Of a DNA stretch of 64,000 bases, positions 53,684 to 63,867 are shown piece after piece. This stretch comes from Crocinitomicaceae bacterium. Lineage in GTDB: Bacteria > Bacteroidota > Bacteroidia > Flavobacteriales_D > Sanyastnellaceae. The first letter of the stretch is position 1, and each line of letters opens with the position of its first letter. The notes beneath the pieces are model-generated. The model ran no database searches and was not told the DNA's origin. It saw only the letters and a list, made by a program, of their open reading frames with translations. Made by a program: the position numbers and the translations under genes. The stretch is from NCBI GenBank assembly GCA_002700285.1, contig PACT01000022.1, positions 120,429-184,428 on the forward strand, written 5' to 3'.

Positions 53684-53997
53684 ATTCTATTAAGTCTGAT
53701 ATATTTTGCCTAACACCCCGCTAAACTTCAATGGTGTTTATCTGCTAATATAGCGTTTTGTTGGACTCCTTATCTTGATCGGGACCAGACCTATGATGCG
53801 GTCCAATGGACTTGTTATTTTGCGCAGAGAAGCATCAGAAATTTGAGTCGTCTCTAAAGAGTGTCCTAACAACTCTTGGACATATCTCACATCTATACTG
53901 TTCTTTAAGTCCCCCTAAATATTGAGAATGGTGCGCAACTCGAGGTATTTATAAAAAGGGATATTCAATCTTCGTGCCGATGCAGTAAATTAGCGAT

Positions 53998-55554
53998 ATG
54001 CAAGACAAGCAAAAAACGCCAACTGAAAGACTTGAGAGTATGCGAACCGAAGCGCTCGTAGGGGGAGGGGAGAAGCGCATCGAAGCCCAACACGCCAAGG
54101 GCAAGCTCACCGCGCGCGAGCGCATTAGCTTGCTTCTAGACCCAGGGAGTTTTGAGGAATTGGGGATGCTCGTAACGCATCGATCGACAAACTTCGGACT
54201 GGATAAGCAGAAGTTTTTAGGGGACGGAGTGGTGACGGGATATGGGAAGGTAAATGGAAGACTGATTTATGTTTTCAGTCAAGATTTTACGGTATTGGGA
54301 GGGTCACTTGCGGAAGCGCATGCGGAGAAGATTTGTAAAATTATGGATCTCGCATTAGAGAATGGCGCACCAGTTGTGGGGCTAAACGACAGCGGTGGGG
54401 CAAGGATTCAGGAGGGGGTTGTAAGTTTGGGTGGCTACGCAGATATTTTTCATCGCAACGTTCGGGCAAGTGGGGTCGTCCCACAGCTCTCCTTGATTCT
54501 CGGGCCTTGTGCGGGCGGCGCCGTTTACTCTCCGGCGCTCACAGATTTTACATTTATGGTCGAGGGGTCGTCTTATATGTTTGTGACAGGGCCCAACGTT
54601 GTGAAGGCCGTGACCCACGAAGAGGTTACTTCGGAGGAGTTGGGAGGCGCACAAACCCATGCGACGAAATCAGGGGTGACCCACTTTACAGCGCCCCACG
54701 AAGCCGCAGCAATCGAGCAGGCAAAGCAAGTGCTCAGTTTTCTTCCACAGAATTGTGAGGAAGATCCGTTGTTCCTGAACTATCAGAATACGGCCAACCA
54801 AAAGCGCGAGAAATTAGATGTTCTTATCCCCGAGAGCGCACAACAACCTTATGATATTCGTGAGGCAATTTTTGAAATAGCAGATTCTGAATCTTTCTTA
54901 GAAATCCAAAAAGATTACGCCGAAAACATCGTCGTAGGGTTCGCGCGACTCGCAGGGCGCTCGATTGGAATTGTCGCAAATCAACCGGCGTTTCTCGCTG
55001 GCGTTTTGGACATCCATGCCTCGAAAAAAGCAGCGCGATTCGTTCGAACGTGCAACGCCTTTAATGTTCCGCTTCTCGTGCTAGAAGATGTTCCGGGATT
55101 CTTGCCAGGAACCGATCAAGAATGGAACGGGATCATTACAAACGGCGCGAAATTGCTCTATGCCTTCTCAGAGGCAACGGTTGCTCGAATTACGGTCATT
55201 ACGCGAAAGGCATACGGGGGCGCTTACGATGTCATGAACAGTCGGAACATCGGCGCAGACATGGTTTACAGCTGGCCTACAGCCGAGATTGCGGTGATGG
55301 GCGCCAAAGGTGCGGCGGAGATTATATTCCGAAAGGAAATTTCTTCGGCCACAGATCCTGCAACCAAACTTGCAGAGAAAGAAGCCGAGTATGCGGAGCT
55401 CTTTGCCCACCCTTATAATGCAGCATCAAGAGGGTATGTAGACGAGGTGATCACACCTTCAGACACACGAGAGAAGCTCATTAGGGCCTTCGATATGCTC
55501 AAGAACAAGGTGAGGAATACACCGCGCAAAAAGCACGGAAACATTCCACTTTAG
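53998..55554 (+). CDS. acyl-CoA carboxylase carboxyltransferase (beta) subunit, of propionyl-CoA carboxylase / methylmalonyl-CoA decarboxylase alpha type
   Basis: 518 aa: [48 protein letters not shown] and [24 protein letters not shown]. The gene is visibly GC-rich. Confidence 0.9.
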   Translation: MQDKQKTPTERLESMRTEALVGGGEKRIEAQHAKGKLTARERISLLLDPGSFEELGMLVTHRSTNFGLDKQKFLGDGVVTGYGKVNGRLIYVFSQDFTVLGGSLAEAHAEKICKIMDLALENGAPVVGLNDSGGARIQEGVVSLGGYADIFHRNVRASGVVPQLSLILGPCAGGAVYSPALTDFTFMVEGSSYMFVTGPNVVKAVTHEEVTSEELGGAQTHATKSGVTHFTAPHEAAAIEQAKQVLSFLPQNCEEDPLFLNYQNTANQKREKLDVLIPESAQQPYDIREAIFEIADSESFLEIQKDYAENIVVGFARLAGRSIGIVANQPAFLAGVLDIHASKKAARFVRTCNAFNVPLLVLEDVPGFLPGTDQEWNGIITNGAKLLYAFSEATVARITVITRKAYGGAYDVMNSRNIGADMVYSWPTAEIAVMGAKGAAEIIFRKEISSATDPATKLAEKEAEYAELFAHPYNAASRGYVDEVITPSDTREKLIRAFDMLKNKVRNTPRKKHGNIPL

Positions 55555-55565
55555 AAAAAATGTCC

Positions 55566-56189
55566 TTAACTCTTCGCTCTTTTAATCGAGCAACCCACTG
55601 CTTTGGTGGTGTTGGTTTTGATGCGCTTGCCTTCTGCTGAGCGCGTGATCGCATCTTTCAGAAAATGCTCCTCCACTCCCTCGGCACTGTCTACATTGTC
55701 GTCAATAGATCCCACATAGATAAGCTCGAGGTCTCCATTAAAAAGGAAGACGTGAGGTGTCGTGCGTGCTGAAAAATTATTTGCGAGCTTGCTTTCTTCG
55801 TCCAGGACGTATGGGGCCAGATATTCCATTTCCATCGCGTGACTTTTCATTTTCATGAAACTGTCGCTGTCATCTCTTCTTGCAGAATTTGAATTCACGA
55901 GTAACGTCCCAATTCCATTTTCGGAAGCCAATGCTGTCATGCCATTGTATCGACCTTCCCAACCCTCCGTGGTTTCTCCTCTACCCACGACGAATGGGCA
56001 TGAATTGCATGTGAAAATAATGAGCGCCCCATTTTCGCCTTTAATGTCATTGATCGACAATTGAGATCCGTCGATGTTCATCATTTTGTATGATGCAGAC
56101 GGAGCAGTGTCTCCGATATTTAAGGTTTGGCCATGGCCAGAAACGACAAATAGCGCAGAGGCAAGAAAACTAAAAAGGAATTTTTTCAT
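55566..56189 (-). CDS. secreted thioredoxin-fold redoxin (TlpA/AhpC-TSA-like)
   Basis: Signal peptide. The CxxC motif lies in ALIIFTCNSCPFV. 207 aa. Confidence 0.75.
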   Translation of the reverse strand: MKKFLFSFLASALFVVSGHGQTLNIGDTAPSASYKMMNIDGSQLSINDIKGENGALIIFTCNSCPFVVGRGETTEGWEGRYNGMTALASENGIGTLLVNSNSARRDDSDSFMKMKSHAMEMEYLAPYVLDEESKLANNFSARTTPHVFLFNGDLELIYVGSIDDNVDSAEGVEEHFLKDAITRSAEGKRIKTNTTKAVGCSIKRAKS

Positions 56190-56211
56190 GGGGCAAAGAT
56201 AGCTCCAAAAA

Positions 56212-57261
56212 CTACTTAATCAGAAGTGCATCACCATATGCATAGAAACGGTAACCTTCTTTGATGGCCTCATTGTACGCCTCCATAATAAGCTCGTGAC
56301 CTGTGAATGCAGATTGAAGCATAAGGAGGGTAGATTGCGGTGTATGGAAGTTTGTGAGCAAACTGTCTGCCACACTGAAGTCGTATTTCGGATAGATAAA
56401 TTTATTTGTCCATCCTTTATATGGTTTCAGCGTTTTTGTGGTACTTACAGACGTTTCCATCGCGCGCATTGCAGTCGTCCCAATCGCGCATATGCGACGG
56501 CCTTCATTTTTTGCTTGGTTCACTCGATTGACACAATCGCTGCCAATGATCAATTGCTCGCTGTCGACTTTGTGTTTTGTAATGTCTTCAACTTGCACCT
56601 CTCTAAATGTACCCAGACCGATATGTAGTGTGATAAATGACATGTCGATGCCCTTAATCTCTAAACGCTTTAAAAGTTGCTTTGAGAAATGTAGCCCAGC
56701 GGTAGGCGCAGCGACTGCGCCTTCTGTTTTGGCATAAATGGTTTGGAATCTTTCGATGTCAATGTCCTCTGTTCCGCGATCAATATAGCGGGGCAGAGGG
56801 GTCTCTCCCAGTGAGACGATTTTGGCCATAAACTCCGCGGATGTTCCTTCAAAAAGAAAGCGAAGTGTACGGCCACGAGAAGTTGTGTTATCGATGACTT
56901 CCGCCACGAGTTCATCATTGTCACCGAAATAGAGTTTGTTGCCGATCCGAATTTTACGTGCAGGATCCACGAGGACATCCCAAAGTCTGCTTTCCTCGTT
57001 TAATTCACGAAGTAAAAACACTTCGATCACAGCCCCTGTCTTTTCTTTGTTTCCATATAAACGTGCGGGAAAAACCTTGGTGTCGTTTGCGACAAAGACA
57101 TCGCCCTCGTCGTACATATCGATAATGTCCTTGAACATCTTATGCTCAAACTTGCCGGTCTTTTTATCCACGATCATCATACGGCTGTCGTCACGATTTT
57201 CTAGAGGATATTGTGCAATTTGATCTTCCGGAAGGTCGAATCGAAAATGCGAAAGTTTCAT
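56212..57261 (-). CDS. queA: S-adenosylmethionine:tRNA ribosyltransferase-isomerase
   Basis: [19 protein letters not shown] start, with the QueA profile throughout. I prefer the ATG at 57261 over the one at 57276. Confidence 0.95.
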   Translation of the reverse strand: MKLSHFRFDLPEDQIAQYPLENRDDSRMMIVDKKTGKFEHKMFKDIIDMYDEGDVFVANDTKVFPARLYGNKEKTGAVIEVFLLRELNEESRLWDVLVDPARKIRIGNKLYFGDNDELVAEVIDNTTSRGRTLRFLFEGTSAEFMAKIVSLGETPLPRYIDRGTEDIDIERFQTIYAKTEGAVAAPTAGLHFSKQLLKRLEIKGIDMSFITLHIGLGTFREVQVEDITKHKVDSEQLIIGSDCVNRVNQAKNEGRRICAIGTTAMRAMETSVSTTKTLKPYKGWTNKFIYPKYDFSVADSLLTNFHTPQSTLLMLQSAFTGHELIMEAYNEAIKEGYRFYAYGDALLIK

Positions 57262-57350
57262 ACGTTGAGCAGCCATGGGAGTGGGGTTTTTGAGACGCTT
57301 GATTGTCGGCGCGCGAAACTAATGAAAAACAGTATGCAAGTCAAGTGTTT

Positions 57351-58136
57351 TCACTCATTTTTTGTAGCAGTTGCAAAACACTTGACAGTTTCAAGCAATT
57401 CAGTTAAATCCCACGCATTTTCAACATCGTAGTTTCCGCTTCTTGTGCGTCTTAAAGACGTCAAAGTTCCACCCACTTTCAAGAGTTCACCAAGGTCTCT
57501 TGCGAGTGCCCTTATGTATGTTCCTTTTGAGCATATAACCTCAAACGCCACATCAACCACTGGATGTGACTTGTCGTTTTCATCATTTATTTTCTCATGG
57601 GTTAAAGAATGGATATCAAAAGACACGACCGTTACCTCCTTGGGTTGAAGCGCGACAGTTTTGCCTTTCCTCGCAGCTTTATACGCGGTCACGCCACCTA
57701 CTTTCTTCGCAGAAAATTGTGGCGGCATTTGTTTCAAATTTCCGATGAGATTTTGCGTTGCCATACGCGAGATCGATTCAAGATCTAGTGCGTCAATGTG
57801 AGCTTCATCTCCCCATTTGTCGACCTCTGTCTCAGCATCGAAAGAAGGTGTGGTCACCCCGAGGCGAATTGTCCCAGTATAGGTTTTCTCTCCGGCTTGA
57901 ATAAGATCTATCGTCTTTGTTTTGCGACCCGTACAAATGATTAAGACGCCTGATGCAAGTGGGTCTAGTGTGCCTGCGTGTCCGACCTTGATTTTTCGAA
58001 TGTCAAAGGTGTGACGAATTGTTCCACGGACTTTATTGACCACATCGAAACTCGTCCACTCCAAAGGCTTGTCAATGACAAAAACCTGGCCTTCAAGGAA
58101 GTCATCTAATGTGTGAAAAGTTGCGCTTTTTGTCAT
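57351..58136 (-). CDS. truB: tRNA pseudouridine(55) synthase
   Basis: VIDKPLEWTSFDVV and GHAGTLDPLASGVL (catalytic Asp). Confidence 0.9.
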   Translation of the reverse strand: MTKSATFHTLDDFLEGQVFVIDKPLEWTSFDVVNKVRGTIRHTFDIRKIKVGHAGTLDPLASGVLIICTGRKTKTIDLIQAGEKTYTGTIRLGVTTPSFDAETEVDKWGDEAHIDALDLESISRMATQNLIGNLKQMPPQFSAKKVGGVTAYKAARKGKTVALQPKEVTVVSFDIHSLTHEKINDENDKSHPVVDVAFEVICSKGTYIRALARDLGELLKVGGTLTSLRRTRSGNYDVENAWDLTELLETVKCFATATKNE

Positions 58137-58137
58137 T

Positions 58138-61100
58138 TTAAGTGCTTTTTTCTATGTTTTTATCATTTTTAGTGCTTTTTAAGGCGTTTTTGGCAGCTTT
58201 TCTTCCGCTTGTCATGTCTGCGGCTTCCGCAGCACTCATGCCAGCCATGTCTTCAAAAATTCCGAGCGCCAGGCGTATTGAATTGATGTTTTCTATTTTC
58301 AGTCGAAGCGCCCCATTGCGTTGGTACATACTTGCGTTGCGAGCGTTTTCTTTGAGGTAGTTGAGCACACGTGCAAACATGGGCCCCTGGAAATAGGGAC
58401 TGTCCTCTTCACTCACAAAAGCAGCGATTAATTTTCCAGATTTTAGAATCACCTTTTCCATTCCCAGGATGCGAGAAACCCATCTCAATCGCATGGTAAT
58501 GAGAAGCTCTTCAGTTTCTTCTGGCAGTGTTCCAAACCGGTCTTCAAGCTCGTTCTTATAGTCCGCCAAAGCAACTTCAGTGTCCAATCCATCGAGTTCT
58601 CTGTAAAGAGAGATACGCTCGGGGATATCACTCACATAGTGGTCAGGAATTAAAATGGAGAAATCAGTTTCTAGGATGGTCTCTTCCACATACTTTCCCG
58701 TCTCTCTTCTTTCTTCTTCGAAGAGTTCATTAAACTTCTCTTCCTTGAGTTCCTTCACGGCATCGGCCAGAATGCGTTGGTACATTTCAAAACCGATGTC
58801 AGAAATAAACCCACTTTGTTCCGCCCCCAGTAAGTCTCCTGCGCCTCGTATATCCAGATCTCGCATGGCGATTTGTACGCCACTCCCAAGATCACTAAAC
58901 TGCTCAAGCGCCTGCAATCGCTTTCGAGACTCGGAAGGCAATGAACTTAAAGGTGGCGCCATGAGATAGCAAAATGCTTTGCGATTTGAACGTCCTACTC
59001 TTCCTCGAAGTTGATGAAGGTCACTGAGACCAAACTTATGTGCATCGTTGATCAAGATGGTGTTTGCATTGCTAATGTCTATTCCGCTTTCGATAATCGT
59101 CGTTGCCACCAAAACATCGTATCCACCTTCGATAAAGCGCGCCATCACTTCTTCGAGCTGTTTCCCTTCCATTTGCCCATGGCCTATGCCTATTCGGACA
59201 TCAGGACATAGGCGCTGAATAATCCCCGCCACATCTTTGATGTTTTGGACGCGGTTGTGAACGAAATATACCTGACCTCCGCGACTCACCTCATAACTTA
59301 TGGCGTCTCGAATCAACGCTTCATTGAAGGAAGTAACGATTGTTTCAACGGGATGTCTGTTCGGAGGTGCGGTGCGGATGATGCTCAAATCTCTCGCCCC
59401 CATAAGTGAAAATTGCAGTGTTCTCGGTATGGGCGTAGCGGTCAGCGTGAGTGTATCCACGTTTGCACGCATCGTTTTCAGTTTGTCCTTCACGCCTACA
59501 CCAAACTTCTGTTCCTCGTCAACAATCAGTAGACCGAGGTCTTTGAACTTAATTCGTTTCCCTACCAGAGCATGTGTCCCGATTAAAATATCAACTTCAC
59601 CAGACTCCACTTTCGCGAGGGTTTCGCTCAGGGCCTTCCCTGTTTTAAATCGATTGACATAGTCGACTGTCACCGGAAAATCTTTAAGTCGACGCGCAAA
59701 ACTTCTTGCATGTTGCATCGACAGAATGGTGGTAGGCACAAGTATAGCGACTTGTTTTCCATCCGTGGCGGCTTTAAATGCTGCGCGAATCGCGACTTCC
59801 GTCTTCCCAAAACCCACATCCCCACAAATAAGCCTGTCCATAGGAACGACCTTTTCCATATCCTCTTTCACGGCCTTCGTCGCGGCGTTTTGGTCTGGGG
59901 TATCTTCAAACATAAAACTGGCCTCCAACTCGTGCTGCATATAGGTGTCTGGTGTAAAGGCAAAACCCTCTGACGCTTTTCGTTGGGCATAGAGATTCAG
60001 AAGATCGTAAGCGATTTGCTTAACACGTGTCTTAGTTTTTGCTTTTGTTTTCGACCAAGTTGCTGTTCCCAGTTTATTCACAGAAGGCTTTGTGCCTTCT
60101 TTTGAGGTGAATTTTGAGATGCGATGGAGTGAATGAATACTCACATAGAGCACATCGCCTCCTTTATATGAAAGTCTGATTGCTTCCTGTTCTTTCCCAT
60201 TGACTTCAATCTTATGTAGCCCAGAAAACGCACCAATACCGTGATCGATATGCACCACAAAATCACCCACCTCTAGCGCCATCATCTCTTTAATGGTAAG
60301 TGCTTCTTTGCTTTTTCTAAATCCGTCCTTCAGTCTGAACCTGTGATACCTGTCAAACAGTTGGTGATCGGTATAGACCAAAACTTTCAGGTCTTTATCC
60401 ACAAACCCTTGGCTGAGCTCCATGGGAATCGCCGTATAGGGGACATCAGGGCTTTTCTCTCCATTCTCATCTTGTCTGTCGGAGAAGATGTCGTGCAGCC
60501 GTTCCAATTGAGTCGCTTGACCTGAGACGATCACATTCACGTATCCGTTTCTGTTATTCGCAATCAGATTTGTGGCAATCATGTCGAAATGCTTGTTAAA
60601 CACCGGCTGCTCTGTCATTCCATAACCAATGGTCAAGCGGTCTGTAAAAGTAGTTCCACCGTCAAATTCTACTACTGAGAAATCTTGGATGAGCCCCACA
60701 AAAACATCTGGGTCGAGATAGAGATCCGCGGGAGGTGTCCTCTTCGTCTCGCCCACCAATCGTTCGAAGTGTGCAGTGGCTTTTTCGAGTTCTTTTTTTA
60801 ATCCCAATTCACAGCTTTTCACATCTGTCATCCATACCACAGAATTTGATGGGATAAAGCTGAAGAACGCCTCATTGTGTTTGTGGAGTGTTTTGTTTCC
60901 CACATTTGGAACGATCGTTGCGCGCGTGAGTTTATTTACACTAAGCTGCGAGACTGGATCAAATTTACGAATGCTCTCGATTTCGTCACCGAAGAATTCT
61001 ATCCTGTAAGGATGATCAAATGAAAAACTGAAGACATCAACGATTCCTCCCCTCATTGCATATTGTCCCGGTTCATATACAAAATCCACCTTCTCAAATC

Positions 61101-61638
61101 CGTACTCGAGAAAAACCTCATCCAAGAAGTCTAACGTGAAGTGATCTCCCAAGGCTAATCCAAAAGTCTGCGCACTCAATTCTTTCTGGGTGATGACCTT
61201 TTCACTTAGTGCCCCAGGATAACTGACGACGACACATCCCTCACGGCCGCCATTAATTTCATTTAACACCTCAGCCCGCATTGAGACATTTGCATTTTCG
61301 GTGACCTCCTCTTGATATGGCACACGTGCCGACCTGGGGAAAAGAAATATCGGACGTGGATTTACAACAAGAATTTGCGCCAAATCATTCATGAAATAGG
61401 CCGCATGTTCTTTGTCCTCTAGCACGAAAACGTGGTGGTTGAGCGCGCCGCTCCCGGCCAATTTGTTTTCAGACTCCCGTTCTAGAATGCCTGCTGCCAC
61501 CAATGCTAGGGAAGAGCCGACGACACCTTTCAGTTCAACTTTCGACCCCTTGTTTTCAAGGGCACGCATAAGTTCCCCTGTCCGCGAATCTCTGCGGTAG
61601 AAATTCAATAAATCGTCAGGTCTCATCGCGCTTTTCAA
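58138..61638 (-). CDS. mfd: transcription-repair coupling factor
   Basis: 1166 aa with a UvrB-homology N-terminus, a CarD/RID domain and helicase motifs (GDVGFGKTEVA, LIVDEEQKFG, QLRGRVGRS). Confidence 0.95.
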   Translation of the reverse strand: MKSAMRPDDLLNFYRRDSRTGELMRALENKGSKVELKGVVGSSLALVAAGILERESENKLAGSGALNHHVFVLEDKEHAAYFMNDLAQILVVNPRPIFLFPRSARVPYQEEVTENANVSMRAEVLNEINGGREGCVVVSYPGALSEKVITQKELSAQTFGLALGDHFTLDFLDEVFLEYGFEKVDFVYEPGQYAMRGGIVDVFSFSFDHPYRIEFFGDEIESIRKFDPVSQLSVNKLTRATIVPNVGNKTLHKHNEAFFSFIPSNSVVWMTDVKSCELGLKKELEKATAHFERLVGETKRTPPADLYLDPDVFVGLIQDFSVVEFDGGTTFTDRLTIGYGMTEQPVFNKHFDMIATNLIANNRNGYVNVIVSGQATQLERLHDIFSDRQDENGEKSPDVPYTAIPMELSQGFVDKDLKVLVYTDHQLFDRYHRFRLKDGFRKSKEALTIKEMMALEVGDFVVHIDHGIGAFSGLHKIEVNGKEQEAIRLSYKGGDVLYVSIHSLHRISKFTSKEGTKPSVNKLGTATWSKTKAKTKTRVKQIAYDLLNLYAQRKASEGFAFTPDTYMQHELEASFMFEDTPDQNAATKAVKEDMEKVVPMDRLICGDVGFGKTEVAIRAAFKAATDGKQVAILVPTTILSMQHARSFARRLKDFPVTVDYVNRFKTGKALSETLAKVESGEVDILIGTHALVGKRIKFKDLGLLIVDEEQKFGVGVKDKLKTMRANVDTLTLTATPIPRTLQFSLMGARDLSIIRTAPPNRHPVETIVTSFNEALIRDAISYEVSRGGQVYFVHNRVQNIKDVAGIIQRLCPDVRIGIGHGQMEGKQLEEVMARFIEGGYDVLVATTIIESGIDISNANTILINDAHKFGLSDLHQLRGRVGRSNRKAFCYLMAPPLSSLPSESRKRLQALEQFSDLGSGVQIAMRDLDIRGAGDLLGAEQSGFISDIGFEMYQRILADAVKELKEEKFNELFEEERRETGKYVEETILETDFSILIPDHYVSDIPERISLYRELDGLDTEVALADYKNELEDRFGTLPEETEELLITMRLRWVSRILGMEKVILKSGKLIAAFVSEEDSPYFQGPMFARVLNYLKENARNASMYQRNGALRLKIENINSIRLALGIFEDMAGMSAAEAADMTSGRKAAKNALKSTKNDKNIEKST

Positions 61639-61655
61639 GGACGATAAAGATAAGC

Positions 61656-62687
61656 CTAGTTTTCTCGCTGAGGGACAGTGTTCATGGCAGGATTTTTCTC
61701 AGCGAGTTGGCAAGCCATAAAGGCCTGAACGAGGTTTTTATTTCCGACGTAGTAAGGTGACCTCTGATGCAATTCTGTGGGGATGCGGTCCATGACCCTA
61801 CCGTCATCATCGAGCGCCATTCCACCTGCCTGCTCAGCGATAAATGCAAGTGGTGCACATTCGTAGAGCAGTCTTAGTTTGCCGTTTGGCTTTTTAATGA
61901 GGGATGGGTAGAGATAAATGCCACCATGGATGAGGTTGCGATGAAAATCGGCCACCAAAGACCCTATATATCTGGCCCTAAACCTTGCTCCTCGTGTTTG
62001 GCGACACCCCTCCACAAAAATGCGCGCGGGTTCAGAACATTTGTCAAGTAAAGCATCATTCACAGAATAAATCCGACCTTTTTCTGGAAATGTCATCGCA
62101 GAATGAGAAAGGAAGAATTCTCCTACAGCAGGATCCAGCGTAAATCCATTGACACCAGTTCCAGTGGTGTATACAAGCATTGTAGAAGAACCATACAAAA
62201 TATAGCCTGAGGCAATCTGATGTGTCCCTGCTTGCAGAAAGTCCTGCTCAGTTAAGGGCTCCCCCATCGGCGTTTTGCGGCGTTGAATGCTGAAAATAGT
62301 TCCGATACTTACGTTGACATCGACGTTGGAACTTCCATCTAAAGGATCGATTAGCACGATGTATTTACCTGTCTTTCCCTCGTCTCCGCATAGAATCGGC
62401 TCTTCCTGTTCTTCAGATCCTATGCCTGCAACAGAACCCCCAGATGAGAGGATTCTCATAAAGGTTTGGTCTGCAAAAACATCCAGTTTTTGCTGTGCTT
62501 CATCTTGGATATTTACGGACCCTGATTCCCCGAGTATTCCCGCCAAACCTGCTCTGTTCACTTGGTGATTGACAATCTTTGATGCGACTCCAATGTCAGT
62601 CAGCAGACGCGTCAATTGACCAGACACAAACGGAAATGCGGCCTGCCTGTCCATGATAAATTCCCCCAATGTTATGGTCTTACTCAT
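61656..62687 (-). CDS. fbp: class 1 fructose-1,6-bisphosphatase
   Basis: 343 aa: DPLDGSSNVDVN, GKLRLLYECAPLAFIAEQAGG. Confidence 0.95.
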   Translation of the reverse strand: MSKTITLGEFIMDRQAAFPFVSGQLTRLLTDIGVASKIVNHQVNRAGLAGILGESGSVNIQDEAQQKLDVFADQTFMRILSSGGSVAGIGSEEQEEPILCGDEGKTGKYIVLIDPLDGSSNVDVNVSIGTIFSIQRRKTPMGEPLTEQDFLQAGTHQIASGYILYGSSTMLVYTTGTGVNGFTLDPAVGEFFLSHSAMTFPEKGRIYSVNDALLDKCSEPARIFVEGCRQTRGARFRARYIGSLVADFHRNLIHGGIYLYPSLIKKPNGKLRLLYECAPLAFIAEQAGGMALDDDGRVMDRIPTELHQRSPYYVGNKNLVQAFMACQLAEKNPAMNTVPQREN

Positions 62688-62755
62688 CTAAAGTACTTGT
62701 TCAAGTTTCCTAACCCATCACTCATCTCTCCATTGCAAAGTTAAGTCAGCAAGGT

Positions 62756-63532
62756 TTAGCAGGGTATAAGTGCCACAGATAGTCTGTGGAAATCTTTGGG
62801 ACTGAGTTGTTCAGCGCGTTTTTTCAAGAATTCCTCGGGGATATTTTCTTCCGGAAACCCAGCGCTTATTAGTGCATTTCTGAGGGTTTTACGTCTTTGG
62901 TTAAACGCTCCTTTTACCACTCTTTTTAAATGAGAGAATGAACAACCGGGGTCAATCAGATCATTACGTCTGAGACGGATCACACCACTTTTCACTCTTG
63001 GAGGCGGATCGAATGCGTCTTCATCAACGGTAAAGAGGTAATTGATGTCGTAATAGGTTTGGAGAAGCACACTTAAAATTCCATACGTTCGAGAGCCTGG
63101 GCCCTCGGCAATTCTTTCTGCAACTTCTTTTTGAAACATCCCCACAACTTCGGGAACTCTTTCTCTCCAATCTAAGACTTGAAATAGGATTTGAGAGGAT
63201 ATATTGTAAGGAAAATTCCCTGCAACAATAAAAGGTGCCCCATCGGGAAATGCAAGGTCAGGATTCCACCTTAAAAGATCCACGCCATGTACTCTATTTG
63301 ATGGGAGTAATTCTTCCGTAATCAAATATTCTACACTTTCCTCGTCCAATTCTACGACATGAAGATTAAGGTCTCCTCTATCTAACAGGGGAACGGTCAA
63401 AGCGCCCGTTCCAGGACCGACTTCTAATATAGAATGACACCCTCTGTGACACGTCACAGACCCCGCAATACGATGTGCTATTCCCGGTCCAACCAGGAAG
63501 TGTTGCCCCAGATGTTTTTTTGGTTTAATCAT
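62756..63532 (-). CDS. rsmA: 16S rRNA (adenine1518/1519-N6)-dimethyltransferase
   Basis: KKHLGQHFL, SAM motif ILEVGPGTGALT and NFPYNISS. Confidence 0.95.
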   Translation of the reverse strand: MIKPKKHLGQHFLVGPGIAHRIAGSVTCHRGCHSILEVGPGTGALTVPLLDRGDLNLHVVELDEESVEYLITEELLPSNRVHGVDLLRWNPDLAFPDGAPFIVAGNFPYNISSQILFQVLDWRERVPEVVGMFQKEVAERIAEGPGSRTYGILSVLLQTYYDINYLFTVDEDAFDPPPRVKSGVIRLRRNDLIDPGCSFSHLKRVVKGAFNQRRKTLRNALISAGFPEENIPEEFLKKRAEQLSPKDFHRLSVALIPC

Positions 63533-63867
63533 GCTTCGTCTGTCTTGACGTGCTCAGCCCTCCCTTCGTGAAGTAAGGGTAATATTGTCCGGAACGCGAC
63601 AGCTTTGGTCCCCCATTTTTTCATGAAATCGGACTGAAGGCCTGGGGCACATTCCTTTTGATATTTATCAAATGAAGCGAAGGAATGTGCGACATACTGA
63701 ACCGCAAAAGTTTTCCCGCCTTCCGCTTCGCCTTCCACACGACACAATTTATAATCGCGGAAATGGCCTGTTGCAAGGACAGACGGGATATGATCGTTGA
63801 CCATGTATTCGAGCCATTCCGGAGTCGATTCAGTATTTACAGAAATGGTAATGTTATAGAGTATCAT
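63529..63867 (-). CDS. DUF4286-family protein
   Basis: 112 aa: MILYNITISVNTESTPEWLEYMVNDHIPSVLATGHF matches my recollection of DUF4286. A 4-nt overlap links it to rsmA. Confidence 0.7.
   Translation of the reverse strand: MILYNITISVNTESTPEWLEYMVNDHIPSVLATGHFRDYKLCRVEGEAEGGKTFAVQYVAHSFASFDKYQKECAPGLQSDFMKKWGTKAVAFRTILPLLHEGRAEHVKTDEA

Noticed and set aside
50979-53760. An integron-like or attC-like gene-cassette array in the AT-rich block. A GTTAGGC core-like word precedes one ORF, and hairpins lie between ORFs.
   Set aside because: Only one spacer has an exact GTTRRRY word. I could not find a paired inverse core (RYYYAAC) at the proper distance on the same strand. No integrase or recombinase gene is in the window, and the shared words are 7-11 nt. 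I kept it only as a low-interest note on the spacers.
54382-55418. A cluster of four ORFs of 80-98 aa overlapping the carboxyltransferase gene in other frames. I considered possible overlapping genes.
   Set aside because: They are explained by the high G+C of this gene, which makes stop codons scarce in the other frames. The translations are Arg/Gly/Cys-rich nonsense.
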